Shown here: in pieces, positions 51,561 through 64,000 of the stretch
Numbering within the stretch: the stretch's first letter is position 1
Layout: each line of letters starts with the position of its first letter
Source: Malacoraja senta
Taxonomy: Eukaryota
Assembly (NCBI GenBank): GCA_038087875.1
Contig: CM075977.1
Location: 18,166,001 to 18,230,000 of the forward strand
Reading direction: 5' to 3'
DNA length: 64,000 nt
Notes under the pieces: model-generated
Told to the model about the DNA's origin: nothing
Database searches by the model: none
The model's input: the letters and a program-made list of their open reading frames with translations, nothing else
Position numbers and translations under genes: made by a program

Positions 51561-53485
51561 TGCCGCTCCTCTGCCGATATTCTCTAGGGGATCCTTATCC
51601 ACAGCATCTTTCATTAATCCTACTTTAGTAAATATGACCAAATCTAAAATAGCTTGTTCCTGAATAAGTTCTCATGATCAAGAATTCCTTTCCTCAAAAT
51701 CTCTATTCTTCTATCTCTCTTCTTTGAAGACTTTCTTTGAACCTACTTCTTTGTTTAAGTTTTTGTGCTAATTTCTTATTATTTGTCTCCAAATTATAAC
51801 CAATTTGGTTTGATAATCCACATGCAGCACTTTGCTATGCCTTAATTTGTTAATAGTAATTTATAAATCAAGGCATTGAGTCTGTTCCAAAGTACTGTAA
51901 TTTGAATTTATTACACATTACACGAGACATAAGAACCATTAGGAGAAATATAATGATCTGCACAAGTGTCAGTACTCATATTTTCATTGCCCGCCTGATG
52001 AATGAGGTCATCCAATAATTGTCCCATAAGAAATTATTGATGACTAATTTTAACCTTAAGAAAGGTGCCGTATGAACAGGAATCCAACAAGGAATATCTG
52101 CATTCATTACCAACAGCTATTGATATTTGGTCAATTGAAATTGAATTTTGCATAACACATTTTACATGTAGTGCTTGGAACTTTTATAATGGTAAAATTA
52201 CATAATAACATTCTTGTCCCCAGGAACAATGATGACGTCAATATAATTTCCGATGGCATCAGGCTGCCTAAATAATATTGTGTGACAATTTAGCTTCTCG
52301 TCTGACGAACTCCACATTAAACTGTTCAAATCTTAGCATTCCAGTCTCAAACAAACCTGTTCCAACAAATGTACCAACTTTTGGCCTCTTCACATCCAAT
52401 AATATCTGCAACTAAACATATAAAAATAGATTGCTTTTTCACTCATTTGGCAAACACAACATAAACAGCAAAGTGACAAAATGCAGTATGCCACTGTAAA
52501 TCCACCATAGTTATAACAGTGCCACATCAGCGAGTCAGTGGAGTTGTCTCTGCACAACAAATTTCCGTGCATACAAATGAATTTCTCCATTTACGAGAAC
52601 ATTTTCTTAGCAATCTGAAATTAAAATCACTTACCAGTTGCAAGTGCATAACGAAAACTGCAGTGTTGCATATACTTGTCGATTGTTTGGTCTACAAGTA
52701 TCGAGCTGACTCATCTCCTTAACCTCCTTAATCTGTTCTTCCATTTCTAAATTAATTCTCCAACTATTTCACTCAAACTCCAGAATTGGTGCACAACATA
52801 TTGCATTATTTTGGATCTAGAAGCGCCTGATAACACAGCTCTGATCCTACTTGTATAGGTTACATGCAGATGAAATTATCCAACATGGCAAAGATCAACA
52901 ACCAGCTGTAACTGAGCACTACTAATCATAGCTAGCATAAAAATCAACCCATCAGCACTTTCACATGTTATTCACATCAGCTGAGTTGATCAGATCATGT
53001 ATCCAAGATATCATGACACTGACCCTAAAACAGCAGGTAATATTCCAAATTTCATTTACATTTAATTACATACATTCATGACAATACAATAAGCAGAGAC
53101 TGAGAAAAGTAAAATATTGAGAGAAAAAAGTAAAGTCTCTGTCAGTCTTAAAGGATAAAAAGATTGGTCCTTATGATATAATTTTACTTTGTGGGTTATT
53201 GTTAATGGTTGGAATAGCCTAACTGTTCAAATTAATGCTTTTTTTTAGTGATATATTTTAATATAATTCTATTGATAGGCTGAAGTACAGTGATGATTTA
53301 GTTCATAAAGTACTGGAAATTGGTCTCCAATATGTTCCATTAGTAAAATTAAATAAATGACTTCATTTCAATAATGATTTTACATGGTGATCCTAAAAAA
53401 AGGCAACTGATTCATCACAGAAAAAGAACAACCATTACCCTTTGCCACAACTAGCCCCAATATACATGTAGTCAAACAACCATGC

Positions 53486-53666
53486 AGGTAGACAAAAATG
53501 CTGGAGAAACTCAGCGGGTGAGGCAGCATCTATGGAGAGAAGGAATAGGCGACGTTTCGGGTCGAGACCCTTCTTCTTATCTCCATAGATGCTGCCTCAC
53601 CCGATGAGTTTCTCCAGCATTTTTGTCTACCTTCGATTTTTCCAGCATCTGCAGTTCTTTCTTAAA
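53486..53666. repeat. Palindromic Penelope pseudo-LTR derivative
   Basis: 53-bp inverted arms (53486-53538 and 53580-53632, one mismatch) around a truncated hammerhead-like spacer. Flanked by catgca on both sides. Confidence 0.8.
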
Positions 53667-54394
53667 CATGCAATAAATGGTATTTAGTTTATCCTTGAGC
53701 TACAATATTCCTTCAGGAAGATAAGTTAAAAAAAACTATATCTGAGTAACAGGAAAGATTTACAAAATATAAAAAATATATATTTTGGATGTTTTAATTT
53801 TTAAATAGTTTCACAGAAGTATCCAGTGTCTTTTGTACAGTTGAGAGATAGCCTTGTAATCTATTGTAAAGAGAATTTGTGAAGCGTAACATTTCGCTTG
53901 AATTACCAAACAAACATCATGGAATCAATGTGCGATGCAAGAGGCCAACTGACAGCCAAGTTTTTGCAGAAACTAGGACTTCTGCCCAGACATTTTAAAT
54001 CTAGATTGGAATCTGAAGTCAGAACCGGAGTTAGGGCCAGGATCATTTGAAGTTCCTGGTGAGCAGGAAAAGGACTGGAGTTCAGGGTCCCATGGAGGAG
54101 AGTTAATTTCTATCACTTATCCCTTTGATTCTTGCAGATTTACAGGCTTCCTGGCTCAGAAACATTTATTTTCCCAAATCATACCCAGACATACCCAAAA
54201 TAGAGACACAAGTACCTCAGTCTTTACGGTTATATTTTTCTATTGGTCAATTGCTACCCCAAGCTACAACTAGCCCTAGTGTCCTATAATCAAATAACTA
54301 AACAATAGATGACATTTAGTTTCTCCTTGAGCTAAAAAAAATCCTTCAAGATGATGTAAAAAGCCAATGAGTGAGAATCAGGAACATTTCTCGG

Positions 54395-55260
54395 TGGGGG
54401 CACTGCGAGACGGCTGCCCTGGCAGCAGCGTCTTCGTCATTTCTACTTTTTTTGTTTTCTTTAGTGTGTCCAAATGTGTGTTTAATGTCTCTTGGTGTGT
54501 CTTGTGTGGGGGATGGTGAGTGGGGGTAAGGGGGAACCGCTTTCGGTCACCTCCTTCACGGAGAGGCGACTTTTTCCACGTCGCATCCCTCGCGGCCTAA
54601 CACCATGGATTGGTACGGCTTTTCCCGGAGTCGGGCCCGGAGTTTCAGCAGTGGGCGCAGCGTGGACTTTTCATCGCGGAGCGGGCGAGCCCTTGCCGAG
54701 ATTGCCAGAAGGGAGTGCCCCGATCGCTGGCCCGCGGACTGTTACAGCCTGAAGCCGCAGTCTGCGGAGCTTCTAGCCGTGGGCACGGCTTCCGGAGCCT
54801 GGGACCCCTCGCTAGGGATCGCTGGAGAAGAGCTCCGACCGCTGGCTCGCGGCCGATAACATCCTGAAGCCGCGGTATGCAGATCTTCTAGCAGCAGGCA
54901 GGGTGTGGACTTAACATCCGGAGCGGGATCCCTCGCCAGGGATCCCCGGAGAAGAGCTTTGACTGCCGGTCTGCGGCCTACAACATCCTGAAGCCACGGT
55001 CTCCGGTAGGGTAGTACCGATTCGGGACTTACAGTCCTGACGAGAGGGCCTATACATCTGGCCGCCCGCAGCGGCGACTGCGGAGGTTTATGGCCCCAAC
55101 AACGGGGGAACAATGGAGGAGGACTGACAATACTTTGTGCCTTCCACCACAGTGAAGAATGCTGTGGTGGAAGTTTGTGTTAAATTTTTATGGTGTATTG
55201 TGTGTTCTTTTTTGATTGTACAGCTGCTGGCAAGTTCATTTCACTGCACTTTAATGTGTA
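54395..55260 (+). mobile_element. GC/CpG-rich non-coding retroposon-like repeat with an L2/Rex1-type 3' tail
   Basis: CpG-rich body with roughly 120-bp tandem units. Ends in tttcactgcactttaatgtgta, similar to tails at about 2690, 11880 and 13180. A similar head begins at 63965. Confidence 0.55.
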
Positions 55261-55800
55261 CTAGACAAAGGGGGACCCGTTGGGTCCCGTCCCCTCAATG
55301 TGCGGTTGTGGGGGGGGGGGCGGCCTTCGGCGTCACGCACATACACACTACCCACCCACACACACACACACACTAATCCCCCCCCCTTGATATTATATTA
55401 ATATTATTCATTCACTCCTTTTACCCCATCCTCCGCCCTATCCACTCACGTATAACCCCCAACTGCGCAGGCGCGGCTAGAGAGGGGGGGGTGGAGAGGG
55501 TGGGGGTAGAGAGGGAGGGGGTAGAGATTGAGGGATGGGGGGGTGGCGTCACAGGGGAGGGCTGGTTCCCAAATGCAATACTCCACCACTCACCCATCGG
55601 TCCCAATATTCACCACTCCCGAGAGAGGGTGGGGGGCAGAGAGGGAGGGGGGCAGAGAGGGAGGGTGGCAGAGAGGGAGGGGGGGCAGAAATGGAGGGAT
55701 GGGCAGAGAGGAAGGGGGGGCAGAAGAGGAAGGGGGGCAGAGAGGAAGAGGAGACAGAGAGAGAGGGGGGCAGAGAGGGAGGGGGCAGAGGATTTTTGAA
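55261..55800 (-). mobile_element. Helitron-like non-autonomous element 3' end
   Basis: Minus strand ends GGGACCC-AAC-GGGTCCC hairpin, a 7-nt spacer, then CTAG followed by host T. Interior is G/GA-rich simple repeats. The other end is not defined. Confidence 0.55.
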
Positions 55801-58800
55801 AGTGATTTAAAGAAAAATAAATATCTTGTGATTTTTATTTTACATAGTTAAAACAATTAGTAACATCTGAATTAGTGTCTTGTCAATAGCTGTGGAGTTA
55901 GTTCAAGTTTACTGTAGATATTCGAGCTGGCTCAAACTCGTGCTTATTCCAATGAATTACCAAACAAGGAGAGCTATAAGACCAAGTAATACAATGTTAT
56001 AAGCAAAAGATGTGGAATGCAAAATGGATTTATGAATATGGCACCAAAATATTTAAGAATATTTTTAAATTTATTTTTAAAAGAACTACATACCCATCAG
56101 GGGTTAAATTTTTAATTTTGAAGAATCTGATTACATCAGAAAATATTTCTGATAACTTACTCAATATAATCCACATCTTATTCCCTTTCAATTTTATCCT
56201 GTACAGCCAGCAATTCACCAATTACTACGTAAATAAAACAAAGATCTTCAGTTCTGAGCAAAACAAACTGGAACTTAATCAAAGCCTAGGACCTACAGCT
56301 TTTTACAACTGTTAATATCTGACACCGAAAGAAAATACTCACTGACATCATCGGATCTAGTTCAGAACTAGTTTACTGCACACCCTTTGCAACATTCACC
56401 AGGGCCTTTAATTATTAACCAATGCTATTACTTTACTGCTCGTGTTACTTTAACTCTTTCACTACTGGAGCAATTCCATATTCTTGTATAATGTACAGAT
56501 TACAATTAGATAAGTAAAGGTCGGTCAGATGCTGTCTATCTGGTTCTTTGTGCCTCTGATCTCCAAACTGCACATCAGCTTCATTCCCAATAAAAAGCTT
56601 TTTTAACTGTGTTTTTCATTTAGTAATTTTCAAGGAAGTGTTCATGCACCTTCTTCAATAAATATAGTTCTTCTGGTGAATGTGCTCCCACATAACTGTT
56701 GGGGAAGAAGTTCTGGGATTTAGATTCAAGTGCAGGATGTCAGGTATTTCCAAGTTAGAATGATGTGCAACCATGCAGGTGGTGATGTTCCCAAGCATCC
56801 AAAGGCCTTGTTCATTTTAGTGGTAGACACTATAGGTTTGCAAGATACTGAGGCAAGTAATTCCAATGTATTTTATAGATAGTACGCAGTGCATCCACAG
56901 AGCATTGGCAAGGTAGGGAATGAAATTGGTGATGGATGATGTGCCTATCAAGAGAGTTGTCCCAGATGACTTTCATTTTCTTGAGTGTTAGAACTACATT
57001 AATCTAGACAATGTGAGCGAAACTCCATAATGCTCCTAAATTGTGCTGAGTAAATATGGTTAGTTCAGTTGAGTTTCTAGCCTGTGGTGATCTCAGAATA
57101 TTGATGATAAAGGGCATGCAATTGTACCACCATAGAATGTCAAGGATATGTGGCTTGACTCCCTATTATTGAAGATGGCTATTGCCTGGTATTTTTGTGG
57201 TGAAAATGTTATTTGCTAATTATCAGCTGAAATATGAATGTTGTCTTGGTCTTTCTACATGCAGATACAAACTGTTTCATTTTCCAAGCAGTTGATATAG
57301 AATTGACCATTGTGAAATCATCAGTAAACATCCCTACTTCTGTGCTTGAGGTGGTCACTCATGGGGCAGCTGAAGATGGATGAGCTAAGGTTATTGGCAA
57401 GAGGAACTGAGCTATCAGATCCCCAACAACCACAACCATCTTCATTAATGTGGGATATGACTCCCTTAGAGATTGTTCCTGACCCGCTGAGTTACTCCAG
57501 CATTTTGTGTCTATAGAGACCATGTTTTTGGAGAGTAAGTGCTGCCTGATATCACTGTCAACAACTTCTTCCATCATCTTGCTGATAATGAACTATTGAC
57601 TAACTAGGTGGTTATTGGCTGAATTAGATTTTGCAGAAAGAGAAACTCTTTCGCCTTACACAGATGCTGCCTGGCTTGCTGAATGTTTACAGCATTTTCT
57701 AATTTTGTTTCAGATCTCCAGCATCTGCAGTTTTCTTTTCATTTTCACTTTCTTTTCCTGCTTTGACGTATGATGTCGGGAAATGTGGCGGCTAATGTGT
57801 GGACAGGAAGATCTTATAAACATGGAAAAACAAATTACTAACATTGCTCCAATTTTGTTAGTTGAGACATAAATGCTTGCCAGAATACAGAAGCATTTCT
57901 TCAAGTCGTACCAGCATTTACGGCTGCCTGAAAGAGTCTCATGTTTAGATTTTAACCATAATTTGATAGATCTGATAGTGCAGCAGCACTCAACACTCCA
58001 CTGAAGCATCAACCAGAAATCGGAGGCACTTAAGTTTATTGATGTTAGAAAATATATACGGATACCAAGCTGTGAGGAAGTGGGATACTATGGAAGGACT
58101 GAGATGAACGAGGGAAGTTAGCAGATGTGTGGAAAACGCTGACATTGTTCTATTCATTTTTTCTGGCATGTGTCATTTCTCTTTGCTATTTTTGGCAGCA
58201 TTGACAGAATGATATCAACAAACTAACGACAGACCTGAGGAAATTTATTTCAGTAAAATACCTTGCCAGCAGTTACCAAGAATGGTATAAAAGTATTCAG
58301 AAAAGTTTTAAACAAATTCATCATTATATGGATGTATTTATCACCAGAAATCTCCAGTTGCCTGTGCAGTAGATTCATGCTTCATTTTAAATCATCACAA
58401 ACAGCTATTTTCACATTTTATTAAATGTTGATTCACATAATCATATGACTGTAATACAATTGCTAACACGGTCCCTTAGTATTAAAGATCCCTAAAAGTT
58501 ACACTGATGCATAGTGGAGTATTTCCCTCATACGTTTGCACTCTTTTGCACACATCACTGTGAATTGCTCACAGTTTAACTGATAATTCAGTTACGCTTC
58601 ACATTTTACCTAAAAATCAAAAATACTGCAGATGCTGGAAATTTGGGGAAAAAAATGAAAATGCTAGAAATACGCAACGTCAGAAACGACCTGAGGAATG
58701 ATAAAGAGAGTTAACGTATCAGACTGGGAAACAGCAGAAAATATTGTTTTAAGTTGTAGAAAATGTGACAAGAGGGATGGATAGAACAGAGGGAATATGT

Positions 58801-59198
58801 GTGATAGGCTGAGGTCAGTGATGCTGTGGAGATGAGCATCCGATAAGATACGGCATGATATGATACGATAGAACTTTATTTATCCCAGGAGGGAAATTGA
58901 TCTGCCAACAGTCATAAAGTACAAGATACATGAAACATGAAATTAACTATCTCTACTGCAATCTCTGTCAAAAGTCCAAGATGTAGATCATCAGGTCCAT
59001 TGGGATTTATCAATTCTTAGCCTCATTAACTTCTCTGGTTGTATTTATTTAATAATAATGTTTCTTTTACTTCTTCATTTGACTTGTTCTCTGTTCTCGA
59101 GAGTTCTGAGAGGTGTTTTATGTCCTTTTCTGTGAAGATACACGTTTTCCCTTCCTTTACAAATATTTTGGTTATCCTTTCTAAAACACATCCAATTA

Positions 59199-60188
59199 CA
59201 GAAAGCCCTCATTTTAATGGACCCCTTTATAACAGATTTTGGTTATAATGGACAGAGCTGCCAATGAGACCCCCCGGCTCACAACACCAGCCCAGCCCCT
59301 GCTCCTGACGCTACCCCCAACTTGCAACAAGCAACCAGCGAGCCCTTCTTCACCCACCGCATGGTTTGGTTGACGCTGCTGTTATTCTGGCTCACGTTGT
59401 AGCGCCGGAGAACAGCGGGCTTTGGGCTGCTACCATCGACAGACCCACACTCGGTCACCGTAGAACTCCCTCCCCTCCCACCAGCTGCTGCTTCTACCTG
59501 TTGGCCCTTTGCTTTGTCCGCTCCCCACTCCACTGCTGCCACCTGCTCCTTCACCGAGTGCTCTGTCACTCTACTACTCCGTTGCTGCCACCTCTTCCTT
59601 CTCCCATCGGTCTGTCCCCTCAGCCTCTTCCCTTCCTCCCCTCCCTCCCTACAACACCAACTCCTCCTTCTCCCGCAGAGTCACCGACATACTCCACCTT
59701 GGAAGCAGCAGCAGGTGAGAGGGGAGGGAGCCCCACGGTGACCATCTTTGCCCATCTTGTCGGTCGCAGCGGCATGAAGAAAACGCTGCTCATCAGGGGC
59801 TACAACGTGATCTCCAACAACAGCCCTCTCACCCGATCATGGTGCAGCTCGTCAAGAATGGCTCGCTGGTGCAGACCAGCAGCAACAGCACCTGGTTTCA
59901 AGGTGAAACGATACAAAGTGCTGGAGTAATTCAGCAGACTGAGTCAGTTTGAAGAAGGCTCCTGACATCACCTATCCATGTTCTCCAGCAATGCTGCCTG
60001 ACTCACTGAGTTACTCCAGCACTTTGTGTCCTTTTATATATTACCCATCATCTGCGGTACTTTGTTTCAACTACTTCCAATGATAACACCTTAGTCAGTT
60101 ATAATGGGCAGCCAGTAATAATGGACATCACCACCCCCCCCCCCCCTCCCCCTCACACTCCTTGGTCCATTATAATGAGGGTTTATTA
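59199..60188. mobile_element. Tigger/pogo-like non-autonomous Tc1-mariner element
   Basis: Imperfect TIRs cagaaagccctcattttaatggacc and ggtccattataatgaggggtttatta, flanked by TA. Subterminal ttataatgg repeats. Confidence 0.7.
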
Positions 60189-60229
60189 TACTCCAATTTC
60201 AGGCTTTCTGCTTTTTCTGGCTACTTGAT

Positions 60230-60520
60230 CAGTTTAGTTAAGAGATACAGGAAACAGGTCATGCTGACCTTTGAAAATCCATACATTAGTTCTATGTTAT
60301 TCCAGTTTCACATCCTACACACTATGGGCAATTTACAGAAGCCAATTAACTTACAAACCTGGACATCTTAGCCAGGAATGTGGGAGGAAACCAGAGCACC
60401 CAGAGTAAACGCATGCAGTCTCAGGGAGAACATACAATATTCTGCACAGACAGCACCCATTGACAGGATCAAACCTGAGTCTCTGGTGCTGTAAGCAGCA
60501 GCTGTGCCACTGTGCAGTCA
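60230..60520 (-). mobile_element. HE1-like SINE, diverged
   Basis: Same core (gccaattaac..acaaacc, cagacagcacc). Confidence 0.7.
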
Positions 60521-63500
60521 GTATCAGGCCCAAGGATTGGCAGATGCTGGTTTACAAAAAAAGACACAGAGTGCTGGAGCAATTTAGCAGGCCAGGCAGC
60601 ATCTGTGGAGAACATGGATAGATGACATTTTGGATCGGGACCCTTCTTCGGACTCACTTCTGAAGAAGAGCCCCAACTCGAAACCTGAATTATCCATGTT
60701 CTCCAGAGATGCTACCTGACCCACAGAGTTACTCCAGCATTTAGTCCATTTTTTTCATCAGAATTACATTTGATATGGTCTATCATTTCTCCTGTAATCC
60801 TTGTTTAAGTCACTATTCTAGCGTGTTTTTGTGCCTTAATAAAATTATACGTGACTTGCAACAAATAAGCATTCCTTCAAGTACCTGTCTATGCACTATC
60901 ATACTATTTAATTTAATTTCTCAATCTACCACAGCCAACCTGTACCTCATATCTTCATAGTTTACTTTGATGATGTTGAAAACCGTGGTATCAAATTGAA
61001 TTACAGTACATCACTTTCAAATTGAATGTACAGTTCTGTCAAAATAACTACACTCATTTCCAAGGATCGCTTCCAACAAAATTATCAATTTAACCTTTCT
61101 CATTTTCTGCATAACACAAACCAAAAGCTTGATCCTTTGCTTATATTATGAGGAACCAAATGGAGAACAGGCTATTTTGTGTTATTTTAGTTTTATTATA
61201 ATGCACTTCAATTTCAGCATTTTTTAATATTAATTTGACCTTTCCATTCAATGTAAATAAGTTCCCTATGAGTAACTGTTTGACCCGTTATATGCTCCTC
61301 TAATTCCTTGTTTGTGGTTGCCTACATGATAACCAATATTTGAAGTCTTAGAATCAATTCTCATCAATGTTTTCAACTCACTGCTGCTCTTTAGCTCCAC
61401 CTAACCATTACAATTCAAAACAATGGTTTGCCATGCCAACATCGTTTTAAATGCTATACTGGTGATACCCCTTTGTAACAATGTTTCCCTTGTTCTTTTC
61501 CTTCATGCCTGCCAAATGCCCTGGAATATTTAGTGTCAGCTCTGGTCACTCGTATTTCTGTAATAGCAATTAGACTATATCTATTTACCATTACGTGTGC
61601 CATTATTTCATCCAGCTATTTTTTTTAATTTAACCTTGTAACATTTTTCTGCCCTGTGCTCCTTCCTGCTATTTATTTACCTCCACTTCTGCAGCCTAGT
61701 TATATTTGTAAGTAAAGAAATAAGATCAGATACATCTAATAGCCACATTCAAAATATCACAAAAACATGACTAACCCTGTTAATTAGTTTGAAAATTATT
61801 TTAAAAAATACAAGATGAAGATAATAAATTGCAAAATATCCATTGAACCTTAGTATTGGTATGTTCAAATCAATGCAAAGCATCTTTATCAGTACAAATG
61901 CTTAGAAAGTAAAATGTAACAGGAATCCTTTGATCCAGAAAACAAATCCTAACAGTCTGTAATTTCACACTTCATTGTTTCAGCTCATATATTTTGCACG
62001 GTTGTACAAAGTTAAAAGAACTCCCAGAGAAACAGCAATGTAAGCCATCTACTGCTTTATCAGAAACTTACGTGTACTTCATTCAGCTGTTAAAAAAAAG
62101 ATATCCTGCTTGGAATGTGAATTTTAAGGACTACGGGGTTCCCAGGAGCTGGGGAAGATTTTAATTAATTTAGCCTTGTGGCAAGGAATGATGAACTGGT
62201 GAGTAGGTAATTCTTTTGCCACCTCACTTTAACTCAAAAGATTCTTGACAGGATGATTTGTCATTTTCCATGTCCCAGAGAGAATGTTATTTGGCTACAT
62301 GTCTATGTTTTTTCATAGCATGTTAGAGACTGAGGCCTTTATTTGGATTATTATTATGTGCCATAAACTAACTTACTTTGATTTCAGATGGTGGGATAAA
62401 CTCCCTTGAGGACAATATCTCAATTTGTTTTTAAAATTATTTTAGAAATACTCAGAAGGTAAAGCAATATTTGGGGAAGAAGAAACAAAACTAATGTTTT
62501 AGTTCAATGAAGCTTGACCGGAACTCTAACAGCCCGTAAAAAAAACATGTGACTAATGTCACTTTGTCACAGTGCTGGTTAGACAGGTTTCCATATGCGC
62601 ATCAGATGTAAGAGGACACAAAATGCTGGAGTAACTCAGCAGGTCAGGCAGCATCTCTGGGGACCATGGATAGGTGACGTTTCGGATTGAGATCCTTCTT
62701 CACTTATTCATGATCCCCAGATATGCTGCCTGACCTGCTGAGATACTCCAGCACTTTGTGTACTTTTGTGTATTAACCAGCATCTGCAGTTCTTTGTTTC
62801 TACACCTGATGTAAAGGTTGCCGATTTACACAGTACCAAGCACAATGTTTATTGGATGAGCACACAGTCCTGAAATTTCAAGGATTCCAAACACTATCTG
62901 AAGAAAACCTCTGTTAATAAATGTCATGCCTGCACCATGGGAAGGAATGTGATCAATCACTACTTCACTCCTGCAAGTTGTTGTGCAGCTTGAGGGATTG
63001 GATGATTGAACGGTGGAAGACAGGCACTTGCTGATGTCACCATCTCGGTCAAAGTGTGAACACCTGAGCAATGGGCAATTGGAGATCTGTTTATTTCAAT
63101 CCTCCTCACAGTACTGGAAAAGTAGACTTATATTGCTTATTTATCATTCCTACGCTAAAATGACAATGAATTTCCCTCTTCAACTACTGAAGTGAAAATA
63201 CTCAAACAAAAGTGATTTGACACAACTGAGTGGCTCACTTGGCCATGTCAGTGCTTCAAAAGTCAACCAAATCTGCTCATTATTACTTGATTAGACCATT
63301 TTTATTTACATATTTTCAACCTGTATTTAAAAAATCATAAACTTAGTGAACATCTGCTAAATTATTTATTCTTGCATCATCTAAAGGAACTATTTGATCT
63401 AACTACATTTTCTAACCAGAGAGAGAATGCAATGCAATAAATAACTATTACCAAATATTTATAATTCCGTATAATTCAATGAATACTGTAAATTAAACAT

Positions 63501-64000
63501 TGCTGAAGAAATGCATTATGATCTTTGCATTTGAATTGATTGATTATTTGGATGCGTGGGTGTCCCAATGATGTTTTTCTCTTTTAATTAAGTTGATCCT
63601 TTAATCTCGAATGCAACATCACCTAATAAAAAATATTTAAGATGTATACCAAATTGAGTGAATGAGGGCTGTTCACGTCATAGGCCATCAGACAATCTCC
63701 AAGATTCCATTCAGTATTTTCACCTCATACACCTGAATTGTATTGGTAATTCTCCATACTGTCAAACTCAACAGTGCACTCACTGGAACAAGCCAAGCAA
63801 GACAATCATATAGCAGATGATTAACGGTAATAAATAGGGACAGGTAAAGTTTGAAAGGGGTGAAATAAGCTGAACAATTGGCACCAAATCCTCTTGATCT
63901 CAGCCATACCATAATTGCACTAAGTTTACAAAGAAAATATATATTATTCTTCAGCAACTTGAGTTGGGGGCGCCGTCCTGTGTGGTATGGCTGCCCAGCC

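Noticed and set aside
52628-52665. Candidate 23-nt minus-strand exon with a GTAAGT donor
   Set aside because: Poor polypyrimidine tract, not frame-preserving and no similarity to known RIM sequence.
55035-55060. CTGACGAG as another hammerhead core
   Set aside because: No stem II followed by GAAA downstream.
55421-55851. Gly/Arg/Glu-rich ORFs
   Set aside because: Translations of GA-rich simple repeats.
59366-59929. 187-aa Pro-rich ORF
   Set aside because: Low-complexity GC-rich transposon interior that runs into a Penelope-derived repeat, with no recognisable domain.
32708-64000. Upstream RIMS2 exons (exon 1 and the alternative WFPFSGITELVNN segment)
   Set aside because: Not found by eye or in the ORF track. 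They probably lie beyond the window, though a diverged small exon could have been missed.

Overview
Eukaryotic genomic DNA, most likely from a cartilaginous fish (skate or ray-like, inferred from HE1-type SINEs and abundant CR1 and Penelope repeats). The window appears to lie inside the large 5' introns of RIMS2 on the minus strand. It holds the 211-bp exon encoding the end of the Rab3-binding helix and most of the zinc finger (32497-32707). It also holds a 12-nt in-frame microexon (EDKV, 10704-10715) that the ORF track misses, with canonical splice sites and a UGC-rich SRRM3/4-type upstream tract. Most of the rest is transposon-derived. Retroelements: a structurally complete but decayed DIRS1-type tyrosine-recombinase element with terminal inverted repeats and an internal circle-junction copy, an L1 nested antisense inside another L1 (both with TSDs), a near full-length CR1 with many fragments, and a Penelope-like GIY-YIG element with roughly 20 derived short repeats carrying a minimal hammerhead-ribozyme core. 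Non-autonomous DNA transposons: Harbinger, hAT, Tigger-like, MULE-like foldback, a possible P-superfamily element and a Helitron-like end. There is no sign of prokaryotic systems or CRISPR. All calls were read by eye; no database search was run.
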